From a virus (taxonomy: Duplodnaviria; Caudoviricetes): a DNA stretch of 62,349 nucleotides. Of this stretch, positions 56,242 to 62,349 are shown one piece after another. Position 1 is the first letter of the stretch. Every line of letters begins with the position of its first letter. The notes beneath the pieces were generated by a model, which worked only from the letters and a program-made list of their open reading frames with translations, was not told where the DNA came from and made no database searches. A program made the translations under genes and the position numbers. The stretch spans positions 1-62,349 of the IMG/VR virus record IMGVR_UViG_3300028388_005459; one strand, given 5' to 3'.

Positions 56242-56853
56242 TTAGGCAATTTTGCTTATCTGCCCAACCTTTTCAACTCGAATTGTGTTGTCTGCATTTT
56301 CCAAAAGCGACTCGCTATGGGTGACCATTATGACCTGGATGCCTAGCTCTTGACTTATTTCCTTGACCATTGCAGACGCGAGCGGTTGTAGATTCGCAGA
56401 AAGAAAGCGGAAGGGTTCGTCAAGGACGATTATTGGGCGAGTCTTTGGCCCTGAAAGATTCCAGAGAGCAACTCTTGCCGCAAAGGCGGCAATGTCGACA
56501 GCTCCTCCCCCAGAGGATGCCATAGGATCGAGCTTTTTCCCATTTGGATGAATAAACCAAATATCTGCCTCCGTTTTCCCTCGTCTTGTCACAAAATCAA
56601 TCTCGAATTCGTAGGCATCATTCTCGAAGACAATGCCAAGCGCAGTAGTGACAAGCGCATTGACGTTTATCTTGAATTGGTTTTGGGTTTCTTGCGCGAC
56701 TTTTTGAATAATGATCTGCGCTTTTGTGGTATAATCGATCTCGGTTTCAAGCTCCGCAATCGTTTCTTCGTGCCGGAAAATTTGATCGTCAAGCGCGTTT
56801 CGTCGCCCAATCATTTGGTCCAGTTTTGTTCGCGCGTTTCTAATGGGGAACAT
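56242..56853 (-). CDS. SbcC/Rad50-like ATPase, C-terminal half
   Basis: Coiled coil, signature SSGGG, Walker B IIVLDEPF, MVTH. Confidence 0.88.
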   Translation of the reverse strand: MFPIRNARTKLDQMIGRRNALDDQIFRHEETIAELETEIDYTTKAQIIIQKVAQETQNQFKINVNALVTTALGIVFENDAYEFEIDFVTRRGKTEADIWFIHPNGKKLDPMASSGGGAVDIAAFAARVALWNLSGPKTRPIIVLDEPFRFLSANLQPLASAMVKEISQELGIQVIMVTHSESLLENADNTIRVEKVGQISKIA

Positions 56854-57112
56854 TTGTGGATGCGCTTTCGACGCTTTCGTATTTTTTGAGCCGCCCCTTC
56901 AATTCTTGATTTTCCGCAGCGAGCCCGATGGTGAGGTAAATGGTATGCTCAAACGAGTCAAAAAACCCCAAAATGTTTTGAAGAAAAGCGAGCATAGGCG
57001 GGTTGTTTCGATTTTTTTGGGTGGCGCGCTCGATCTTTTTCTTTGCCGTCGAAATGTCGACGCGAAGGTTACGGAGCCGGTCTTGCAGCGCTTTATCCGC
57101 AGGGTTCATCAT
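56840..57112 (-). CDS. hypothetical helical protein
   Basis: ATGA coupling; GGAGG RBS. Confidence 0.6.
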   Translation of the reverse strand: MMNPADKALQDRLRNLRVDISTAKKKIERATQKNRNNPPMLAFLQNILGFFDSFEHTIYLTIGLAAENQELKGRLKKYESVESASTNVPH

Positions 57113-57366
57113 TGGCCTCCTATTTGGGGGAAAGTCTTTTGAAAAGTCTCCATTGATTTTTTGAGCTTTTTTCGCTTTCTTGCAAGCTCTGCCTCAAGTT
57201 TTGCCACCATATCTTCGGCGGTTTTTGATCCTTTTGTTTTTTCCATAAGCATCTCGTTAATATTCTCGAGCCGCCCATCAAGTTGATCGATTTCTTTTTG
57301 TTTGGAGGTAATTTGTTTTTGGATTCGCGCTACCTTCTGGACCAAATTCGTGTTGTCGCTTTTCAT
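57109..57366 (-). CDS. coiled-coil protein
   Basis: Heptad pattern; AAGGAG upstream. Confidence 0.65.
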   Translation of the reverse strand: MKSDNTNLVQKVARIQKQITSKQKEIDQLDGRLENINEMLMEKTKGSKTAEDMVAKLEAELARKRKKLKKSMETFQKTFPQIGGQ

Positions 57367-57488
57367 CTTCGCTCAACTCCTTCCACGCTGGGCACCCTCG
57401 GCATTGCTTATACCTCCAGCGTCGTATATTGATAACACTATGCCAGCATTCGCGCTCGGGTTCGCGCGGGCAAGATATTTGTTTATCC

Positions 57489-57689
57489 TCAGTCAAAATC
57501 AATTGAGAATGCGCAACAGATGCTAAAAATCGCGCAATTTTCCGTGCTGCATTCTCGCTCAATTGCCTGGCATTTATATATGGTGTCAACGTCGAAGTCG
57601 TCTGGAAGGGGAGTTTTGTAATCTTCATATCGCCAAGGGCAATTTTCCATAAACTCTTCAAAAACCGTCATAAAATCTTTTTCTGCCAT
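57489..57689 (-). CDS. small Cys-rich protein
   Basis: AAGGAG RBS; promoter at 57713. Confidence 0.65.
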   Translation of the reverse strand: MAEKDFMTVFEEFMENCPWRYEDYKTPLPDDFDVDTIYKCQAIERECSTENCAIFSICCAFSIDFD

Positions 57690-57712
57690 TGTTTTTTCTC
57701 CTTTCGTCTTTC

Positions 57713-57740
57713 GTTATAGCCAGAAATGCGAGAATCAAAA
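57713..57740 (-). promoter_or_regulatory. promoter with TGGC-TATAAC
   Basis: Conserved motif. Confidence 0.55.
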
Positions 57741-57897
57741 AGGGTGGCCGCTCTCGATCTTTTGAAGATCAAGACTTGCGTCTTTTGGCAACCTGCATTG
57801 AGGGGGCAGCTTTTCGCTTCACGACACAACACCACAACGAGTTGGAGCCAGAAAAGCTGCGATTGCAATTACCCAAAAGAACGGCCATAAATCAAGC

Positions 57898-58197
57898 TCA
57901 GCTTGCTGAGCGAGTTTCCGCTTTGTTTTCTCTGTCAAGATATGATTGCCAGAGGTCCTCTCCTTCTGACAATGCGTTTTCATCTTTTTGGAAGGCAAGG
58001 ATTCCGATCTTGATTCGCGTCCCATTGAGGCTGGGATTTTCGTTGTCGTCAAGCATTAATGCCGGCTCTGATTGAAGCTCAACAAAGCCTAGCCTAAAAG
58101 AGGGTTCTTCGGTTAAAATACTCCCGATAAGTTCGATGAGGCTTGTTGCCTCTTTTGGTGTTAATTCTGTTTTGTAAAAAGGTGCAGGCAACAGCAT
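57898..58197 (-). CDS. hypothetical protein
   Basis: AGGAGGT RBS. Confidence 0.65.
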   Translation of the reverse strand: MLLPAPFYKTELTPKEATSLIELIGSILTEEPSFRLGFVELQSEPALMLDDNENPSLNGTRIKIGILAFQKDENALSEGEDLWQSYLDRENKAETRSAS

Positions 58198-58207
58198 CTT
58201 CCACCTC

Positions 58208-59107
58208 CTAGAGTTCTGCTTGCTCTACTGCTTGCCAGATTTTGTTGGCGATTGGCTTTTCAATCTTGTTCGTCGTAATATGCGCTTCAAGATTGCGTTC
58301 AAAAGAGATTTTCCCTCCTCGCCCTTTTTTGATTTGATCGATATAAGCAGCGAATTTTTCCTTTTTCTGTTTTTCCTTTTCCTCCTCCTCTTTCGAGACA
58401 AAGACGCTTTCTGAAGGAGCAATTTTGAGGAAAATTCTTTTGTATTCCTTCGTCTTTGTATTATAGCAGACAACGGAGGGCTTGTGATCTCTTTGATCGA
58501 TTCTCATCCGCATAAGGCTCCCGGGGCTGATAAGCGTTGTTTTGCCAATCTTTTTTTCAAACGATTCATGGTTGTCACCCACCACAATCAGTTCATATCC
58601 TCTATTTTTTTGAATAAATGAACGCGCAAGACTCGCGCCTTTCATGTCTGTTTTTTCCGCGGTCACAAGCCGGTGGCAGACGAGAATTGAACTTGAGGAG
58701 TTCTTGGGAAAATCTTCTCCATAGTCGACGAAATCAATCCCGATTTTTTGAAAATGCGCGCGCGCGGTCTCACTTCCATGAACGCGTCTTGCTGCTGACA
58801 AAACCCCCAAGGGAGAGTCCTCCCAATTTGACGCGTTATTTCCTGGCAAATCGTGTTGCCCGGCGATAGAATAGACCCTGACTTCTGGGTATTCAAAATT
58901 CAAGATATAGAGCACGTTTCTTACAAGCCAATGTCTTGGCGCATCAGAATGAAAAAAGTCGCCTGCCACAATCAAAGGCGCGCTTTTTTCTTGACAAAGG
59001 TCAAGAATTTGAGAAACCTTGCTCCATTGCGCACGTAAATAATCGTCAATGCGCTTTCGTGGCGCGCTTTGTCGAATATGCAAATCAGCGGCGAAAACGA
59101 TATTCAT
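58208..59107 (-). CDS. sbcD: SbcD/Mre11-like metallophosphoesterase nuclease
   Basis: ADLH, AGD, GQHD, GDNH, PGS. Confidence 0.9.
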   Translation of the reverse strand: MNIVFAADLHIRQSAPRKRIDDYLRAQWSKVSQILDLCQEKSAPLIVAGDFFHSDAPRHWLVRNVLYILNFEYPEVRVYSIAGQHDLPGNNASNWEDSPLGVLSAARRVHGSETARAHFQKIGIDFVDYGEDFPKNSSSSILVCHRLVTAEKTDMKGASLARSFIQKNRGYELIVVGDNHESFEKKIGKTTLISPGSLMRMRIDQRDHKPSVVCYNTKTKEYKRIFLKIAPSESVFVSKEEEEKEKQKKEKFAAYIDQIKKGRGGKISFERNLEAHITTNKIEKPIANKIWQAVEQAEL

Positions 59108-60018
59108 TTTTTTATTCCTTGCCCGCAGAGGGGACAGATGTTTGGCATCGTCTTTTTTAAGGTCTCTTCAAGGTCGACGCGCTCCTCTACAAGCGCTTCC
59201 CTCTGCTGCCTCAGGTCTGCGCTCTTGTCGATCAAAGACGATAGCTCGTCAAGGCCTTTCTCGAGATTTTCGATTTCCTTGATCTGGTTTTCGATGGTGT
59301 TGAGCGCGCTTTTCGCATTCGTCAAATCATCTTGGTCAAGTTGCTCTCTTTTCTCCAGCAGCGCTTGCTTATGGTCAAGCAACCCTTGCAGTTCGCTTTG
59401 TTGAGATTCAAGCGCCCTTATTTCTCGGTCGAGATTTTCGATGGCACTAAACGCGCCCTCTGCCTCGTCAAGATATTTAAGCTCGTTCCTTTCCTCTTTG
59501 AGCTCGTCAAGGCTTTCTTTTTTGTCCATGAGCTTTGATTTTAATCTTCTCGAAGCTCGGGAAATATTTGTCAGTGAGCTATCGGCTTTGTCGAGATTCG
59601 CAGCCTCATTTATTTCTTTGGCTGCGGCCGGAGGGCTCAGGCTGACGAGGAAAGGAGAGTCGAATTGAAATTGGAAATTGATTGAGTTTAGGTTAACGAA
59701 CTTTTCAACGTCGGCGGGTATATTCGCGCCCTTCCAACTCTTTTCTCCCTCTTCCGTTTTCAAGGAAAATTGATTAACTTTTCCTTTCTCTTTTGTAACG
59801 ACTCCATCATCAAATTCGATGGTTATTTTCGATTGTTTTTCGCGAGCGTGAATATAAGCGTCTCCACTCGGGCGCCCGAATTGAATCAGTCTGAGCGCTT
59901 TTAGTATCGAGCTTTTGCCAGAATCACTCGCTCCGACAATCGCGTTTACGCCCGGGCCCAATTCAATGCTCGAATTAACATGGCTTTCAAACCCTTGGAG
60001 ATGAATTGTCCTGATCAT
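59104..60018 (-). CDS. SbcC/Rad50-like ATPase, N-terminal half ending at the zinc hook
   Basis: GFESH, Walker A GASDSGKS, Q-loop, coiled coil, terminal CPLCG. Confidence 0.9.
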   Translation of the reverse strand: MIRTIHLQGFESHVNSSIELGPGVNAIVGASDSGKSSILKALRLIQFGRPSGDAYIHAREKQSKITIEFDDGVVTKEKGKVNQFSLKTEEGEKSWKGANIPADVEKFVNLNSINFQFQFDSPFLVSLSPPAAAKEINEAANLDKADSSLTNISRASRRLKSKLMDKKESLDELKEERNELKYLDEAEGAFSAIENLDREIRALESQQSELQGLLDHKQALLEKREQLDQDDLTNAKSALNTIENQIKEIENLEKGLDELSSLIDKSADLRQQREALVEERVDLEETLKKTMPNICPLCGQGIKK

Positions 60019-60176
60019 TTTTTATCAATCTCGACAAGCGACCACAAGGAAATCGCGACAATAGAAATCCCCGCTAAATTGAGGTATGGGAAAAGAGATC
60101 CATTGCTTATCGAGATCGCAAGACCCAGCGAGATCAAGCCCCCGATTGAAAGGTATCTTATTCGTCGTCCCTGCAT
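60015..60176 (-). CDS. small membrane protein (53 aa, MQGRRIRYLSIGGLISLGLAI...)
   Basis: GGAGG RBS, two hydrophobic stretches, ATGA overlap; translated by hand. Confidence 0.55.
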   Translation of the reverse strand: MQGRRIRYLSIGGLISLGLAISISNGSLFPYLNLAGISIVAISLWSLVEIDKK

Positions 60177-60640
60177 ATTTCCTCCATTTTTTCGTCAATG
60201 ACTTCCTGAACTGTCCCTTGAAATTCATGCGCTCGTGCGCCACCTAACGCGATATCGTAAATGGCGAAAAAAATTTCAGCTTCGAGCAGCACGAATCTTG
60301 ATTTGAATCTTTTGGTTTTTAAGAATACAAGCCAAAATGGAAAGCGACTTTTCTTGGCGTTGTCTCTTGCTTGACGTATCGCAGCTTGCCAACCAATATG
60401 CTCCCCGCTCTTGCATTCGATCCCAAATGGGAAGGCCTCTCGCGCCGCTCCGCGCAGAATAATGTCCACGCCCGTCTGCGCTCCGGGACGAGATTCAATA
60501 TCCTCATCCTTGCCACAAGAGATCCCGGTGATTTGGGATATTCTCTGCGCCGTCCATTGCTGAAGCTCCCTTCCTTTTGTTTTCGCAGAGGCAACAGAGA
60601 TACGCTGGCGCGCTCGTTTTTTCCCGTCGTTTCTCTGCAT
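60158..60640 (-). CDS. PD-(D/E)XK nuclease, probable Holliday junction resolvase
   Basis: KGRELQ, GVDI, IECK, QA. Confidence 0.8.
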   Translation of the reverse strand: MQRNDGKKRARQRISVASAKTKGRELQQWTAQRISQITGISCGKDEDIESRPGAQTGVDIILRGAAREAFPFGIECKSGEHIGWQAAIRQARDNAKKSRFPFWLVFLKTKRFKSRFVLLEAEIFFAIYDIALGGARAHEFQGTVQEVIDEKMEEICRDDE

Positions 60641-60641
60641 G

Positions 60642-61715
60642 CTAAAACCTTTTTTTCCTGCGGGGTTTAAAGGCAAGCTCGATCTCTTCCCAAAGGTCAA
60701 TGACTGTTTCTCGGAGATCGCTTTCTAAATCATTTTTTTCGACAGTCTCGATTGCCTTAGATAGCGTCCCGCCTAGCTTGTCGTGCCCAAGAGCAAAGCC
60801 TCCAGTCAAGCGCTTGAGGAACTTCAGATTCTCCGAAATGTCGTCAACGCCGTAATCAAAGCGAATAGAGACGGGCGCCTCACGGTAAGGCTTCCCAACG
60901 GATGATTTTACCACCTCAATTTCAAATTCCGTGCCAACTGTTTTCTTTACTGTATGTCCGCGAATCGTTTTTTCCTCTTGTTTCTTTTTCATCCAGTTGA
61001 TTTCGAGCCGCAAACTGAATTGATGCAGCGCAGCAGTAGAGGTCCCCGCCGCCTTCGTCTTTTTCGCCCACGGAAGAGTCGTCATATTTGCTCGTATCTG
61101 GTTCGAACAGACAGCGAGAATGGATTCAGATCGTATCAGCGGCGCGGTCCGGCGTATCTGCTCCGTGAAAACTGCGGCGCGTCTCGCGCCAGAATAGCCG
61201 CCTTCTGTATCGGGCTCGTCGAGGCTGGCAAGAGAGTCGATCAGCGCGACGCGGAAAGGGGCGTCTTCTCTTTTCCATCCCTCTCTTAAGTGCTTGAAAG
61301 AGTCGAAAATTGAATTGGTTGATTTTACGGGGTTCTGAGGGTATTCAACTCCTTTGTCTTTATGCGGGATCTTGAATCCAAAAGTCTTGGCGAATGGGGG
61401 GTCAAGTCGCCATTCTGTATCATTATACCAGACTTCAGCGTTTTCTCGCTGCGCTTGTCCTGCGATTTGCAGTAGCAAGACTGTTTTGCCTGCGCCCGGA
61501 GGCCCGAATATTTCTGCCATGATCCCCATCGGGAGACCGCCGCCCCGAATTCTTTCTCCGGAGATTGCGAGATCGAGCAACGTGGAGCCGGTAGACATTA
61601 CATAAGAAAAATCTCCATCGTATTGGATTTGCGTCTCTTCCTCTGTCCATTTTTCAAGTTGTTTGATGCTTGACTTCTCGCTTTGCGCGGGCTTTTTGCT
61701 ATCTCCTCTTTTCAT
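60642..61715 (-). CDS. recA: RecA/UvsX-like recombinase
   Basis: STGSTLLDLA, GGLP.G, GPPGAGKT, DSLA, NQIR. Confidence 0.92.
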   Translation of the reverse strand: MKRGDSKKPAQSEKSSIKQLEKWTEEETQIQYDGDFSYVMSTGSTLLDLAISGERIRGGGLPMGIMAEIFGPPGAGKTVLLLQIAGQAQRENAEVWYNDTEWRLDPPFAKTFGFKIPHKDKGVEYPQNPVKSTNSIFDSFKHLREGWKREDAPFRVALIDSLASLDEPDTEGGYSGARRAAVFTEQIRRTAPLIRSESILAVCSNQIRANMTTLPWAKKTKAAGTSTAALHQFSLRLEINWMKKKQEEKTIRGHTVKKTVGTEFEIEVVKSSVGKPYREAPVSIRFDYGVDDISENLKFLKRLTGGFALGHDKLGGTLSKAIETVEKNDLESDLRETVIDLWEEIELAFKPRRKKRF

Positions 61716-61965
61716 TCTTGACCCTTTCTGCCTGCCATCTTTCAAGCAATCTGAGCGCCTGTTCGTCTCGCTCTCGTAGGCCTTTGAGCGCGACGAGCCA
61801 GCGCTTGTGATCGATATAATATGGAGAGGTTAACCCAGTCCCCGCCATCTTTCTGCCCAATCGATATTTTTTTGACCAGGCCAGAACAGTCTGCCGAGTC
61901 ATGGGGAACCCCCACGACTCGGCAATTTCCACGGCCTCTTTGGTCGTGATAAGACGGTCCATCAC
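61699..61965 (-). CDS. helix-turn-helix DNA-binding protein
   Basis: LITTKEA...TRQTVLAW...LGRK. Confidence 0.65.
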   Translation of the reverse strand: MMDRLITTKEAVEIAESWGFPMTRQTVLAWSKKYRLGRKMAGTGLTSPYYIDHKRWLVALKGLRERDEQALRLLERWQAERVKNEKRR

Positions 61966-62349
61966 GCGCCTTTTTCGATCTTGTCTTTTTCGATGGCGCA
62001 GGCCTCGAACGTTTCTTCAGGGCAGGTTTGGCATTCTTCGTATTCATTGCAATCATGGCCAAATTTGTAGCCCGCCGGGCATTCTCCGCCGCTGTCGCTG
62101 TCGCTGTCGCTGTCGTCGTCTTGATTGAGATCAAGAGCCTTTGTGAGTTCTTCGACCAGGAACGTTTTGCGTTTGCGCTTTGTCTCGATCCCGAAATCCT
62201 CCGCGAGCGCTTTCAGGGCGGGGAGGTTCAGCTCCTCGAGTTCTGCCACCGACTTTGGCAAATCGTCGTCTTCGTTGTTGGCGTCGTCTTCGTTGTTGGC
62301 GTCGTCTTCGTTGTTGGCGTCGTCTTCGTTGTTGGCGTCGTCTTCGTTG
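61962..62349 (-). CDS. probable C-terminal part of the SSB (NNEDDA repeats, HeH-like motif, Cys cluster); open to the right edge
   Basis: Frame has no stop up to 62349; CPAGYKFGHDC...CQTC...C. Confidence 0.65.
   Translation of the reverse strand, partial: NEDDANNEDDANNEDDANNEDDANNEDDDLPKSVAELEELNLPALKALAEDFGIETKRKRKTFLVEELTKALDLNQDDDSDSDSDSGGECPAGYKFGHDCNEYEECQTCPEETFEACAIEKDKIEKGA
62264..62349. repeat. 18-bp tandem repeat, about 4.8 copies, truncated by the window end
   Basis: Unit GCGTCGTCTTCGTTGTTG, encoding NNEDDA on the minus strand. Confidence 0.95.

Noticed and set aside
61699-61965. Excisionase implying a prophage
   Set aside because: No integrase, repressor, att site or host genes in the window
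62264-62349. Terminal tandem repeat as a CRISPR array or terminal repeat
   Set aside because: No spacers; in-frame 18-bp coding repeat; not matched at the left end

Overview
This window looks like an almost complete, circularly permuted genome of a tailed dsDNA phage (siphovirus-like). The host is probably Gram-negative, because an i-/o-spanin pair is present. Both ends break inside low-complexity repeats of what appears to be one gp32-like SSB gene. Minus-strand arms (1-22.5 kb and 55.2-62.3 kb) carry a self-encoded replisome: DnaE fused to a uracil-DNA-glycosylase domain, beta clamp, clamp loader, primase, helicases and an initiator with an internal repeat. They also carry recombination genes (RecA, UvsY-like, split SbcC plus SbcD, resolvase) and a complete 7-deazaguanine DNA-modification pathway (folE, queD, queE, queC, queF, dpdA-like). 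A strong early promoter drives a structured leader that ends in a type II hammerhead ribozyme. The plus strand (22.8-55.2 kb) carries packaging, head, tail and lysis genes. These include a MuF protein with a zincin toxin-like domain, a glycosyl/acyl/sulfo-transferase cassette embedded among the head genes, and a Kelch-repeat protein with hypervariable loops. I saw no integrase, tRNA, CRISPR array or reverse transcriptase. All assignments come from motif recognition by eye; no database searches were run.
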